A stretch of DNA of 64,000 nt, from assembly GCA_946413985.1 (NCBI GenBank), contig CAMKMS010000002.1, positions 42,094-106,093 of the forward strand. Reading direction: 5' to 3'. This stretch comes from an uncultured Mycoplasmatota bacterium (GTDB lineage: Bacteria > Bacillota_I > Bacilli_A > RF39 > UBA660). The translations under genes were made by a program, and so were the position numbers. Positions within the stretch are counted from its first letter, which is position 1. Each line of letters begins with the position of its first letter. This document shows, one piece after another, positions 39,403 to 49,614 of this stretch. The notes beneath the pieces were generated by a model. The model was not told where the DNA came from, searched no databases, and worked only from the letters and a program-made list of their open reading frames with translations.

Positions 39403-41757
39403 ATGAATAATAAGCAAAGACTTATTATTAGTGTGGTTACATTCCTCGCTTTTGCATTAATGAGCGTAGGATTTGCCACATATCGAGTTAGACTTAATGT
39501 TACAGGGGTTGCAACTTTTAGTAAAAATGGTAAAATTGCTATAACCAATGTTAGATTAATTTCATCAAATAATATAACAGACCTACAAGATCCAACATTT
39601 ACTGATGATAGTATAAATTTTAATTTAAATTTTAGCGTTGAAAATCAAAATGAACTTGCTCAAGAGTATTCAGCAACATATGAAATCACTATGACTAATG
39701 ATTCTTTTTATAATTATATATTTGCAAGTAATTTGTTTGTTCCTTCTATAGAAACTACAAATAATGAAAATCTTGATGTTGCTTTTTCAATTGAAGGAAT
39801 TGATATTGGTGATATAATTCCAAGTAAAGACGTAGTGACATTTACTGCAATTCTAGATATGTATCCTAAAGATACTGGGGATTATAATGTTAGTGGGGAA
39901 GTGCAAATTGGTACAGAACAAGGTGATACTCCACCTACATATTCTTTAATGGGTAGTATACCTAAAAACACAACATTAGATTTAACTGGTTCAACTACTA
40001 TGCAAAGTGTTAAATTAACTGTTATCAATACTTATCCAGAAAGTAAAACATTTAATATTTCAAATAGTGGTAATAGTTTTTCTGTTGTTAATAGTAGTGG
40101 AAATGCTTTAGGAACTTTATCAGTTGGAGCTGAAGATACAGAAGAATACTATATATATATAAAGAGAAGGAATGGAGTAACTTTTCCATCTTCTCCACAA
40201 AAAATAAATTTATATTTTACTCCTACTGATGGAAATAGGACTGGACTTGGTTCAATTTCAATTCTTGTTGATGTTGATAATTCCATTCTTGATGATGAAC
40301 CACCAATTATTAGTAATGTTAATGCCGATATTGTTTATGAAGATGGTAAAATTAAAGTTACATGGGATGCTACTGATGATAGTGGAATAGATCATTTTAT
40401 AATAGAAATGTATAATGATAGTGATACTTTACTTAATACTATTACTACTTCTGATTCATCAGAAGAATATACATTTTCATCATTAAGTGCAGGGACTTAT
40501 TATTTTAAAGTATATGGAGTAGATAATTCTTCTAATCATAATAATGGTCAATCCGTTTCAACTACGTGTACTACTTCTGATGGTTATTGTTCAAGGAGTA
40601 CATCATCTTCTTATCAATGGACATTCAATGTAACAAATAGTTGTTCAAACTGTACTTTTACTGGTAATAATAGTGTTTTTATAGGTTCAACTTATACGGC
40701 AACAGTACGAGCATCTAATTGGTATAATTTACCAAATACTATAACTGTAACTATGAATAATACACAATTATCTACTTCTCAATATACATATAATCAAAAT
40801 AATGGTTCAATTAGTATTCCAAATGTAACAGGAAATTTGAATATTCAAGTAACAGCATCATTTGCTTGTTTAGTAAAAGGAACTAAAATTTTACTTGCAA
40901 ATGGAGAATATAAAAATATTGAAAATATTACTTATAATGATTTATTAGCTGTATGGAATTATGAAACAGGAAGTTTAACTTATGAATATCCAATATGGCT
41001 TGAAAACAAAGCATATACTAATAAATATACAAAAACTACATTTAGTGATGGAACATATTTAAAAACTGTTGCTCTTCATGGTTTATTTAGTCCAACTTAT
41101 AATGAGTTTATTTCAGTTAATGATAGTGAAAAGTATAAAGTTGGTACTAAAATACTTAAGATAGTAGATGGTAAATTTAAAGAAGTAACAATCAAAAAGA
41201 TTGAAACAATTAATGAAAAAGTAGAATATTATCATGTTGTTTCAACAAGATATTATAATGTTATTGCTAATGATGTGTTGACTACCGATGGAACTGTAAT
41301 TCTATCAAACCTATATGGTTTTTCTGATAATATTACATGGCCAAGTGTTAGAAATGAAATAATGGCTAGTGGATTATATTCATATAACGAATTTAAAGAT
41401 ATTATGCCTTATTATATGTTTAAAGGATTAAGAGTGGAAGAAGGAAAAGTACTACAAAAATATGGTTATACTAAAGATATTTTTAGATATTATTTACTTA
41501 ATAATCAATTAAATGAACATATGATGAAAAAAATAGACACTTCTATAAATGGCAAAAGATTATGGATGGTTAGCACTTCTTTAGATGAAATTAATGAATT
41601 AAATATGAATAATTTCTTACATGAAGAAGGATCTATGTATAAACTTCCAAATGCTTTGGGTGTAAGAAAGTGGTATTCAACTTCTGAAAATAAATATTAT
41701 AATCCATCTGATACTATAGAAGTAGTTCATGGAATGCATTTTATAGCAATTAAATAG
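39403..41757 (+). CDS. large secreted protein with a SipW-cognate-like N-terminus, an FN3-like domain, a Hint (intein-like) domain, and a 150-aa C-terminal domain of unknown function
   Basis: The N-terminus ...ALMSVGFATYRVRLNVTGVATFS parallels that of the 36590 gene. The Hint module runs from CLVKGTKILLANGE... (block A) through KTVALHGLF (TxxH-like) to YYHVVSTRYYNVIANDVLTT (C-block). Confidence 0.6.
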   Translation: MNNKQRLIISVVTFLAFALMSVGFATYRVRLNVTGVATFSKNGKIAITNVRLISSNNITDLQDPTFTDDSINFNLNFSVENQNELAQEYSATYEITMTNDSFYNYIFASNLFVPSIETTNNENLDVAFSIEGIDIGDIIPSKDVVTFTAILDMYPKDTGDYNVSGEVQIGTEQGDTPPTYSLMGSIPKNTTLDLTGSTTMQSVKLTVINTYPESKTFNISNSGNSFSVVNSSGNALGTLSVGAEDTEEYYIYIKRRNGVTFPSSPQKINLYFTPTDGNRTGLGSISILVDVDNSILDDEPPIISNVNADIVYEDGKIKVTWDATDDSGIDHFIIEMYNDSDTLLNTITTSDSSEEYTFSSLSAGTYYFKVYGVDNSSNHNNGQSVSTTCTTSDGYCSRSTSSSYQWTFNVTNSCSNCTFTGNNSVFIGSTYTATVRASNWYNLPNTITVTMNNTQLSTSQYTYNQNNGSISIPNVTGNLNIQVTASFACLVKGTKILLANGEYKNIENITYNDLLAVWNYETGSLTYEYPIWLENKAYTNKYTKTTFSDGTYLKTVALHGLFSPTYNEFISVNDSEKYKVGTKILKIVDGKFKEVTIKKIETINEKVEYYHVVSTRYYNVIANDVLTTDGTVILSNLYGFSDNITWPSVRNEIMASGLYSYNEFKDIMPYYMFKGLRVEEGKVLQKYGYTKDIFRYYLLNNQLNEHMMKKIDTSINGKRLWMVSTSLDEINELNMNNFLHEEGSMYKLPNALGVRKWYSTSENKYYNPSDTIEVVHGMHFIAIK

Positions 41758-41780
41758 TCTAGAAATAGACTATTTTTTTT
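41755..41780 (+). terminator. intrinsic terminator ending the SipW-like operon
   Basis: The stem tagtcta-gaaa-tagacta has a GNRA loop and is followed by T8. Confidence 0.55.
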
Positions 41781-41806
41781 ATTATAATAAGTTTAGGTGA
41801 TTAATT

Positions 41807-42820
41807 ATGAAATATCCAAATTTTATTTCAAAAAATAGTTGTATTGGTATTATCGCTCCATCAAGTGGAGCAAACAAAGAAACTAGAATAAATAAATTTC
41901 AAAATGCAATAAAAAGATTTGAATCTTTAGGTTTTAAATTAAAAGTATCTAAGTATTTGTTTAATTGTGTTAAAGGTAGAAGTGGTAGTGCTATTAATAG
42001 AGCTAAAGAGTTCAATGAAATGTTAAAGGATAAAGATGTTGATTTAATTTTGTGTGCAACAGGAGGGGATTTTTTAGTAGAAATATTACCTTATATAGAC
42101 TTTGAATTAATTAATAATAATTTAAAATATGTGTGTGGTTTTTCTGATCCAACAGGCATTTTATACCCATTAACTACAAAGTATGATGTATCGACTATTT
42201 ATGGTCAAAATTTTAGTCCTTTTGGAATGAGAGATTTACATAAATCACAAGAAGACTTTTTAGACATTGTAACTGGTAAAAAGCTTTATGAAGAAGGATA
42301 TCCATTATATGAAAATGAAGATAGAATAGAATTAACAGGTCTAGAAAACTATAATTTAACAACTAAAGTAAAATATAATTCTCTTGATAATAAGAATGTT
42401 AATACTTATGGAAGAATAATTGGTGGATGTATGGATATTATTGCTGAACTTGCTGGTACTAAATATGATGGAATAAATGAATTTAACCAAAAGTATAAAA
42501 AAGATGGAATTATATGGTATTTTGATAATTGTGAACAAAGTTACGATGAAGTAATAAGATTATTATGGAGATTTAATGAACTTGGGTATTTTAAATATAC
42601 AAAGGCAATAATATTTGGTAGATTTGGTTTAGAAGTATCAAATTATGAATATGATATTGTTTCTTGTTTAAAAGATAGTGTTTTAGGACAATTAGATATT
42701 CCAGTTATATATGGCGCAGATATTACTCATAAATCACCTTGTCTTACAATTATAAATGGTAGTATCGCTAATATTAAACTTGAAGATAATGAATTTAGTA
42801 TTAATTTTGAATTAAAATAA
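41807..42820 (+). CDS. S66-family LD-carboxypeptidase (LdcA/MccF-like)
   Basis: The Ser nucleophile motif is CGFSD, and the N-terminus is IGIIAPSS. Confidence 0.7.
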   Translation: MKYPNFISKNSCIGIIAPSSGANKETRINKFQNAIKRFESLGFKLKVSKYLFNCVKGRSGSAINRAKEFNEMLKDKDVDLILCATGGDFLVEILPYIDFELINNNLKYVCGFSDPTGILYPLTTKYDVSTIYGQNFSPFGMRDLHKSQEDFLDIVTGKKLYEEGYPLYENEDRIELTGLENYNLTTKVKYNSLDNKNVNTYGRIIGGCMDIIAELAGTKYDGINEFNQKYKKDGIIWYFDNCEQSYDEVIRLLWRFNELGYFKYTKAIIFGRFGLEVSNYEYDIVSCLKDSVLGQLDIPVIYGADITHKSPCLTIINGSIANIKLEDNEFSINFELK

Positions 42821-42859
42821 TATTTATATGATATAATATTTTTTGGGAGATGAATTATT

Positions 42860-44449
42860 ATGAAATCAAAAATAATTAGTATTGTTATTACACTTGTATT
42901 TGGATTTGTTTATTTTTATATAGCACTTCCTGCGTTAAACATTCATACAAATGAATTCTGGTTTTTTATTGTATTACTAATACTATGTTATTTATTAATT
43001 ACAAATATTAGTAGTACGAAAGAAGTTGTTACAGGTAAAATTACTTTAGCAAGAGCCGTTAAAAAGAATAAAGTACTTTTAATTATACCAACTATATTTG
43101 TTTTAATAGCTATACTTGACTTTTTTGGTAGTCCAATTTTTAATGCTAAAAAATATGCAAGTAGGATTACAATTGATGAAGCAAACTCTTTTACTGAAGA
43201 TGTTGAAAAGGTAGATTTTTCTAAATTACCATTACTTGATAAAGATAGTAGTCAACAATTAGGTGATAGAGTAATGGGTCAAATGAGTGATTTAGTAAGT
43301 CAATTTAATGTTTCTAATCTTTATACTCAAATAAATTATAATGGTAAGATTGTTAGAGTTACTCCTCTTGATTATGCTGATTTTATTAAATGGATTACGA
43401 ATAGAAAAGAAGGGGTAAAAGGATATATCACAGTTAATAGTACATCTGGAGAAAGTAATCTTGTAAGACTAGATAAAGGAATGAAATATGTTGAAAGTGG
43501 ATACTTTAATGATAACTTATATAGAAAACTTAGATTTGATTATCCATTTGATTCTTTTGGTAGAATTTCTTTTGAAATAGACGAAGAAGGTCATCCTTAT
43601 TGGATTATTCCAGTTATTAAATATAGATTAATTGAATTAAGACGTGAAGTAAGTGATATTATTATTTTAGATCCTATAACTGGAGAAAGTAGTAAAAGAA
43701 AAGTAAGCGAAGTTCCTTCTTGGGTAGATATGGTATATCCTGCCGATTTAATTATTGAGGAAGTTGATGATTGGGGAACTTATAATAAAGGATATTTTAA
43801 TAGTATATTTGGTCAAAAAAATGTTGTAAATACAACTGAAGGTTATAACTATTTGGCTTATAATGATGATATTTATTTATATACAGGTATTACATCTATT
43901 GTTGCTGATGAATCTAATTTAGGTTTTATACTTACAAATATGAGAACAAAAGAAACAACATTTTATAAAGTACCTGGTGCTGAAGAATATAGTGCTATGG
44001 CTAGTGCAGAAGGAGCAGTACAACATTTAGGATATACTTCAACATTCCCACTTTTGATTAATCTAAATAATAAACCAACTTATTTGGTAAGTTTAAAAGA
44101 TGCAGCAGGTCTAGTTAAAATGTATGCATTTGTTGATGTAACAGATTATCAAAGAGTTGTTGTAACAGACTCTTCAAAAGGAATTTTAGAAGCTGCTCAT
44201 AATTATTTGGGTGATAAAAAGCATACTCTTTCAAATGAGGAATTAAATACTAAAGATATAACTATTAAAAGAATAAGTAGTGCTATTATTGAAGGAAATA
44301 CATATTACTATATAATTGATAGTAATAATAAAAAGTATAAAGTTTCAATTAATGTGAGTGATGATTTACCATTCTTAGTTAGTGGAAATAAAATCAGAAT
44401 TGGTTATGCTTTAAATGAAAATATAACAATTATAAATAAAATATATTAA
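42860..44449 (+). CDS. membrane protein with 2 N-terminal TM segments and a large extracytoplasmic domain, function unknown
   Basis: A 529-aa ORF with no motif recognised. Confidence 0.45.
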   Translation: MKSKIISIVITLVFGFVYFYIALPALNIHTNEFWFFIVLLILCYLLITNISSTKEVVTGKITLARAVKKNKVLLIIPTIFVLIAILDFFGSPIFNAKKYASRITIDEANSFTEDVEKVDFSKLPLLDKDSSQQLGDRVMGQMSDLVSQFNVSNLYTQINYNGKIVRVTPLDYADFIKWITNRKEGVKGYITVNSTSGESNLVRLDKGMKYVESGYFNDNLYRKLRFDYPFDSFGRISFEIDEEGHPYWIIPVIKYRLIELRREVSDIIILDPITGESSKRKVSEVPSWVDMVYPADLIIEEVDDWGTYNKGYFNSIFGQKNVVNTTEGYNYLAYNDDIYLYTGITSIVADESNLGFILTNMRTKETTFYKVPGAEEYSAMASAEGAVQHLGYTSTFPLLINLNNKPTYLVSLKDAAGLVKMYAFVDVTDYQRVVVTDSSKGILEAAHNYLGDKKHTLSNEELNTKDITIKRISSAIIEGNTYYYIIDSNNKKYKVSINVSDDLPFLVSGNKIRIGYALNENITIINKIY

Positions 44450-44494
44450 GATTGTAATTATACAATCTTTTTTCTAAATATGAGGTGAAGTATC

Positions 44495-45385
44495 ATGAGT
44501 ATTTTTAATAATATTATTAAAGAAATATGCAAAGAGGAAAAAATAGAATATAATATACTTTCAAAAGATTGGGTAATTATGTTAAGAAAGGATAATACTA
44601 ATAGATTTATTATTGGCAATAAATTTGATTTAAATACTCATGCTAGTGGACTTGTATTTGATGATAAATATGCAACATATGAGGTTCTAAAAAAACTAGA
44701 TATTCCTGTAATTGAACATAATATTATATATAAGGGTGATGAAAAAATTTGTTATGAATATTTTTCAAATCATAAAAAAAGTATTGTTATAAAGACAAAT
44801 ACTGGTACATGTGGAAATGGGGTTTATCATATTAATAAAAAGTCTGAAATAAATAAACTATTAAAAAAACTATTTGTTAAAAATCACTCTTTAAGTATTT
44901 GTCCATTTTATAATATAAAAAATGAATATAGATTAATTATGCTTAACAATGAATGTGTTTTACTATATGGAAAGAATAGACCAATTGTTTATGGAGATGG
45001 AATTTCTTCAATAAAAGAATTATTAATTAAGTTTAATATTAATTACTTTAAAGATATATTAGATAGTGAAGAATATAATAAAGTACTTAAAAATGGTGAA
45101 AAATATGAATATGGGTGGCAATTTAATTTATCTAAAGGAAGTATGCCATTTGAAGTAAAAGATATTGAGTTTAAAAATAAACTATTAGATTTTTGTAAAA
45201 GTATTACAAAAAAATTAGATTTAAATTTTTGCAGTTTAGATATTATTGATACAGATGAGGGATTATTTGTAATAGAAATAAATAGTGGAATAATGATGAA
45301 AAATTATATGGAAATTGTTCCAAATGGAAAAAATATTGCTAAGAATATTTATAAAAGAGCAATAAAAAGTATGTTTAATATATAA
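44495..45385 (+). CDS. ATP-grasp fold protein (RimK-like ligase superfamily)
   Basis: It is 296 aa with Gly-rich loop region TGTCGNGVYHI. Confidence 0.4.
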   Translation: MSIFNNIIKEICKEEKIEYNILSKDWVIMLRKDNTNRFIIGNKFDLNTHASGLVFDDKYATYEVLKKLDIPVIEHNIIYKGDEKICYEYFSNHKKSIVIKTNTGTCGNGVYHINKKSEINKLLKKLFVKNHSLSICPFYNIKNEYRLIMLNNECVLLYGKNRPIVYGDGISSIKELLIKFNINYFKDILDSEEYNKVLKNGEKYEYGWQFNLSKGSMPFEVKDIEFKNKLLDFCKSITKKLDLNFCSLDIIDTDEGLFVIEINSGIMMKNYMEIVPNGKNIAKNIYKRAIKSMFNI

Positions 45386-45427
45386 AATAATAAATATTTT
45401 TGATAAAATAAATATTGAGGTGTTATT

Positions 45428-46651
45428 ATGGATAGCAAATTAAAGAGTGCATTATTAAAAGAAAAAAGAAGACAACAAAATAATATAGAATTAATAGCAA
45501 GTGAAAACTACGTATCTAAAGATGTTTTAAAACTACAAGGAAGTATTTTAACAAATAAATATGCTGAAGGATATCCATCTAAAAGATATTATGGTGGATG
45601 TGAATATATAGATATTTTTGAAAGTAAAGCAATAGAATATGCTTGTAAATTATTTAATGCTAAATATGCAAATGTTCAGCCTCACAGTGGAAGTAGTGCT
45701 AATATGGCAGTATATAGAGCTCTTTTAAATAGAGGGGATAAAGTACTTGGAATGAGTTTATCTCAAGGAGGACATCTAACTCATGGAAGTAAAGTAAACT
45801 TTAGTGGAATAGATTATGATGTTATTGGTTATGAATTGGATCCAAAAACTGAAACTTTAGATTATGATAAGATTGAGAAGTTAGCTATAGAAGAAAAACC
45901 TAAAATGATTATAGCTGGTTCTAGTGCATATTCAAGAAGTATTGACTTTAAAAGATTTAGAAGTATTGCTGATAAAGTTGGGGCATATTTAATGGTAGAT
46001 ATGGCTCATATAGCAGGTTTAGTAGCATCAAATCTTCATATGAATCCAGTAGAATATGCTGATGTAGTAACATCTACGACTCATAAAACTTTAAGAGGTC
46101 CAAGAGGTGGATTAATTCTTACTAATAATGAGGAAATAATTAAAAAAATAAATAAAGTTATTTTTCCAGGGATTCAGGGAGGTCCATTAATGCATGTTAT
46201 TGGTGCTAAAGCTCAATGTTTTTATGAAGCGCTTGGTAGTGATTTTAAAAAATATTCAAAAAGAGTTATTGATAATGCATCAAGTATGGCAGATGAATTT
46301 ATGAAAAATAATGTAAGAGTAGTATCAAATGGAACTGATAATCATCTAATGCTAATTGATGTTAAAACGAGCTTTAATATTACTGGAAACATAGCTGAAA
46401 AAGTTTTAGATAGTATTTGTATAACAGTAAATAAAAATACTATTCCATTTGATACAGAAAAGCCTAATATTACAAGCGGAATTAGACTTGGTAGTCCGGC
46501 TATGACTACAAGAGGACTAAATGAAAATGATTTTAGACATATTGCAAGAATTATAATAAAAGCATTAAATAACTATGAAAATAAAGAAGTTTTAAAAGAA
46601 TTAAAACAAGAGGTTTTATTAATTACGAAAAAATATCCTTTAAAGTATTAA
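45428..46651 (+). CDS. glyA: serine hydroxymethyltransferase
   Basis: The motif IASENY is present, and the PLP Lys lies in the [12 protein letters not shown] context. Confidence 0.95.
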   Translation: MDSKLKSALLKEKRRQQNNIELIASENYVSKDVLKLQGSILTNKYAEGYPSKRYYGGCEYIDIFESKAIEYACKLFNAKYANVQPHSGSSANMAVYRALLNRGDKVLGMSLSQGGHLTHGSKVNFSGIDYDVIGYELDPKTETLDYDKIEKLAIEEKPKMIIAGSSAYSRSIDFKRFRSIADKVGAYLMVDMAHIAGLVASNLHMNPVEYADVVTSTTHKTLRGPRGGLILTNNEEIIKKINKVIFPGIQGGPLMHVIGAKAQCFYEALGSDFKKYSKRVIDNASSMADEFMKNNVRVVSNGTDNHLMLIDVKTSFNITGNIAEKVLDSICITVNKNTIPFDTEKPNITSGIRLGSPAMTTRGLNENDFRHIARIIIKALNNYENKEVLKELKQEVLLITKKYPLKY

Positions 46652-46692
46652 TAAAATGTGATATAATATGAAAACTGTTAAAGGGGGATATT

Positions 46693-47205
46693 ATGAAAAT
46701 AGTATGTAATGATAAAGTATACGTTCAAAATAAAGATTTAATGAAAACAATGATCGGAAGTATTATATATAAAGTAGGAATACCTTATGATGTAGTTTCC
46801 AAAGTATTTACTGATTCATTTGTTGTTAATAATGATAATATGGATGAATTTGTATGTTTTGAAGGTCAAGATAATATAGATTTCTTCAAGAAATTAGCAT
46901 TTATTGTTGACTATAATAGATATAGAAGACTTTCTAAAAGAGAAATAATTTCTGCTATTAATGAAACAATGGCTGTCGTTAGTAAGGTATCATCAGATTA
47001 TAATACTTCATTAAATAAAACCAAAGATTATTCATATAATACTCTTGCAATAATTCAATTAATGGAACATAAATTTCATGATTTAAGAACAATTTTATGG
47101 GAAAAGCAAGGACATATTATAATAAAAAAACCAGATGAATTTACAGATGCAAATAGAGTTATAAATGCATTTATTAGAAGGAAAAGAAATAATTACTTGA
47201 AATAG
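46693..47205 (+). CDS. hypothetical protein
   Basis: This is a 170-aa ORF with an RBS (aaggggga). Confidence 0.4.
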   Translation: MKIVCNDKVYVQNKDLMKTMIGSIIYKVGIPYDVVSKVFTDSFVVNNDNMDEFVCFEGQDNIDFFKKLAFIVDYNRYRRLSKREIISAINETMAVVSKVSSDYNTSLNKTKDYSYNTLAIIQLMEHKFHDLRTILWEKQGHIIIKKPDEFTDANRVINAFIRRKRNNYLK

Positions 47206-47231
47206 TAATTATTTTTAATATATGATATAAT
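47188..47231 (+). promoter_or_regulatory. terminator hairpin plus extended -10 promoter module, copy 3
   Basis: The hairpin aataattact-tgaaat-agtaattatt sits on the stop codon and is followed by TGATATAAT at 47223-47231. Confidence 0.45.
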
Positions 47232-47251
47232 TACCTTAGGAGGATATGCAT

Positions 47252-47476
47252 ATGGATGAAGTAAGAGAAAATAGATTTGGATATTTAAGAGTATTAACTT
47301 ATGAAGAAAAAGTAAATATGATTAATGAATTAGAAGATGATATTAAATCATTAAAAGATATAATAGCAGATCCTAACATTTCAAGTGAACAAAGAAGTGA
47401 ATCATATAGTGAAATTACATATGATCAAGAAAGAATAGATTATCTAAAATCAATTCTTAATGAAAAGGTAATGTAA
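47252..47476 (+). CDS. small hypothetical protein (about 74 aa)
   Basis: The RBS aggagg suggests a start at 47252. Confidence 0.4.
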   Translation: MDEVRENRFGYLRVLTYEEKVNMINELEDDIKSLKDIIADPNISSEQRSESYSEITYDQERIDYLKSILNEKVM

Positions 47477-47498
47477 GTCTAGGATAATATGGAAATAT

Positions 47499-47548
47499 AA
47501 AAAAACAAATTACAAAATATAGTAATTTATTTTTTTATTTGATATAAT
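47499..47548 (+). promoter_or_regulatory. terminator hairpin plus extended -10 promoter module, copy 1
   Basis: The hairpin aaattac-aaaatata-gtaattt is followed by a T-run and then TGATATAAT at 47540-47548. Confidence 0.5.
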
Positions 47549-47583
47549 ATAAAGTAGAATAAAGAATTGTAAGAGGTATTTAT

Positions 47584-48621
47584 ATGAACGAGCAATTAAA
47601 AAAAGCATATCCGTTTAGTGGAATGTTAGTTATTACAATATTATTAATATTTGGATTTTTTATGCTATATTATACGGGATGTTTTGAAATAAAGTCTTTT
47701 AAAGAATTAGGAAATTTTCTATATTATCATTGTTTTGAATTTATTGTTAGTTTTGTGTTTATCATATCTTCAATATATGTATGGATTTCATATATTAAGG
47801 ATGCATATATTACTCCTAAAACAGATGTTGTTTATTTGAAAAATTTTGAGGATAATAAATATGAATTTGTTGATAAAAAAGGTAAAAGCTTCTTTATAGA
47901 AAGTAAAGAAAAATATGATGTTAATAGTTATTATGAAGTTTTAAAATCATCAAATATTATATATGAGGTTATTGACGAATCAGATGATAAGTTTAAATTA
48001 AAAAAAGGAAAAAATTATTGGTTAAATTTATATTCACCAGTTGGTAATTATGAAAATATGCTTATATTACCAGCTTTATATGTAATAATAATACCTGGAT
48101 TGATAGCATTTTTTATGTCTGTTGGGTTCTACAAATTATTTGCAATAATATGGATATTTATTCCAATTTATTTTATAGCATATGATTATATATATAAATT
48201 GAAATTAAAAGATGACAAAATTAATAAAAAAGAAAAAATAGAAATAGCCAATATGGAAAAAAGATTTTTCTCTATTGTTAATATATTAAAACTATGTTGT
48301 GCATTAATACCATTATTATTTATGATATTAATATATAGAGATTTTAGTGATTTTATTGGAAGACTAATATTTACCCCAATAGTTATACTTGGAATTTGTG
48401 TACTTGGATATGTTTTCTGTGAAATAACTAATAAAGAGCATGGAAAAAGGACATTTGAAAAAGGCTATGTTGTTGTTTTCTTATTATATTGGTTTGGAAC
48501 ATTAACATATTTTACAATAAAAACTATAATTCAGAAAGAAAGCTTTATACTTATATTATCAACAATTCCATTTTGGATAGTAGGAGTATTATTTGCTTAT
48601 TATAATATAACAAAAGAATAA
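47584..48621 (+). CDS. polytopic membrane protein, function unknown
   Basis: It is 345 aa with multiple TM segments. Confidence 0.45.
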   Translation: MNEQLKKAYPFSGMLVITILLIFGFFMLYYTGCFEIKSFKELGNFLYYHCFEFIVSFVFIISSIYVWISYIKDAYITPKTDVVYLKNFEDNKYEFVDKKGKSFFIESKEKYDVNSYYEVLKSSNIIYEVIDESDDKFKLKKGKNYWLNLYSPVGNYENMLILPALYVIIIPGLIAFFMSVGFYKLFAIIWIFIPIYFIAYDYIYKLKLKDDKINKKEKIEIANMEKRFFSIVNILKLCCALIPLLFMILIYRDFSDFIGRLIFTPIVILGICVLGYVFCEITNKEHGKRTFEKGYVVVFLLYWFGTLTYFTIKTIIQKESFILILSTIPFWIVGVLFAYYNITKE

Positions 48622-48666
48622 AAAACAAATTACTAAATAGTAATTTGGTTTTTTATTTGATATAAT
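48620..48666 (+). promoter_or_regulatory. terminator hairpin plus extended -10 promoter module, copy 2
   Basis: The hairpin aaattacta-aa-tagtaattt is followed by T6 and then TGATATAAT at 48658-48666. It is about 90% identical to copy 1. Confidence 0.5.
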
Positions 48667-48739
48667 TTTTAATGGAAGTAATTAATACTATAAAAACAAA
48701 TGGAAATTATAGTAAATTTATATAATTAAGAGGTTATAA

Positions 48740-49102
48740 ATGAATAATAAAGAAAAAAAATTAGCTATTTTTTTTGATAATTTAGCTCATGCTACAATTA
48801 ATGTTTATTTTTATTTCTATTTTGTAATATCTATATTGATAATAATTACTTATTTTTTAGGATTAATTACATTATTTAATGTATTATCAATTATAATGTT
48901 TGTTATTTATATGTTTGAATTGTTTGTAGGATTTGATAGAAATCTAATTGGAATAACGGGTGTTATATTTCTAGGGATTATTGGATACTTAATTTTTAAT
49001 GATAAAAATGGGGTAATACTTGGAATAACAATTGGTATTTTTATAGTTAATGCTTTAAAAGTAATATTAAATATTTTTATAAATAGGAGATTAAATAAAT
49101 GA
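48740..49102 (+). CDS. small membrane protein (3-4 TM)
   Basis: It is 120 aa and hydrophobic. Confidence 0.4.
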   Translation: MNNKEKKLAIFFDNLAHATINVYFYFYFVISILIIITYFLGLITLFNVLSIIMFVIYMFELFVGFDRNLIGITGVIFLGIIGYLIFNDKNGVILGITIGIFIVNALKVILNIFINRRLNK

Positions 49103-49614
49103 TTATGAGGGTAATAAAAGATGATATAACAGCATTAGATGTTGATATAATTGTAAATGCTGCAAATAAGAGTTTACTTGGTGGAGGAGGAGTAGATGGG
49201 GCTATTCATAGAGCATCTGGCCCTAAACTTTTAGAAGAATGTAGAAGTCTTAATGGATGTAATACAGGCGAGTCTAAAATGACGGATGCATATAATTTAC
49301 CATGTAAGAAAATAATACATACTGTTGGTCCAATTTACTATTATGATAAAGAAAACTCAAAAGAATTACTTGAAAACTGTTATAAATCATCAATGTCTTT
49401 AGCTGAAGAATATAGAATAAATAACAACTTAGAAAAAATTACTATAGCATTTCCATGTATTTCAACAGGAGTATATGCTTATCCTAAAAAAGAAGCATGC
49501 AAAATTGCTATTAATACAATTAAAGAAATTAATAATGATAATATTGAAGTAATATTTGTTTGCTTTGATCTAGAGAATTATAATATATATATGGAGGAAT
49601 TAAAAAATGAATAA
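49099..49614 (+). CDS. macro domain protein (O-acetyl-ADP-ribose deacetylase, MacroD/YmdB-like)
   Basis: The motifs [15 protein letters not shown] and [11 protein letters not shown] are present. Confidence 0.8.
   Translation: MIMRVIKDDITALDVDIIVNAANKSLLGGGGVDGAIHRASGPKLLEECRSLNGCNTGESKMTDAYNLPCKKIIHTVGPIYYYDKENSKELLENCYKSSMSLAEEYRINNNLEKITIAFPCISTGVYAYPKKEACKIAINTIKEINNDNIEVIFVCFDLENYNIYMEELKNE

Noticed and set aside
42860-48670. Recurring TGATATAAT upstream of many genes, considered as a special motif
   Set aside because: It matches the generic extended -10 (TGnTATAAT) consensus of sigma-A in low-GC Firmicutes. Only the attached conserved hairpin copies at 47.2-48.7 kb are noteworthy.
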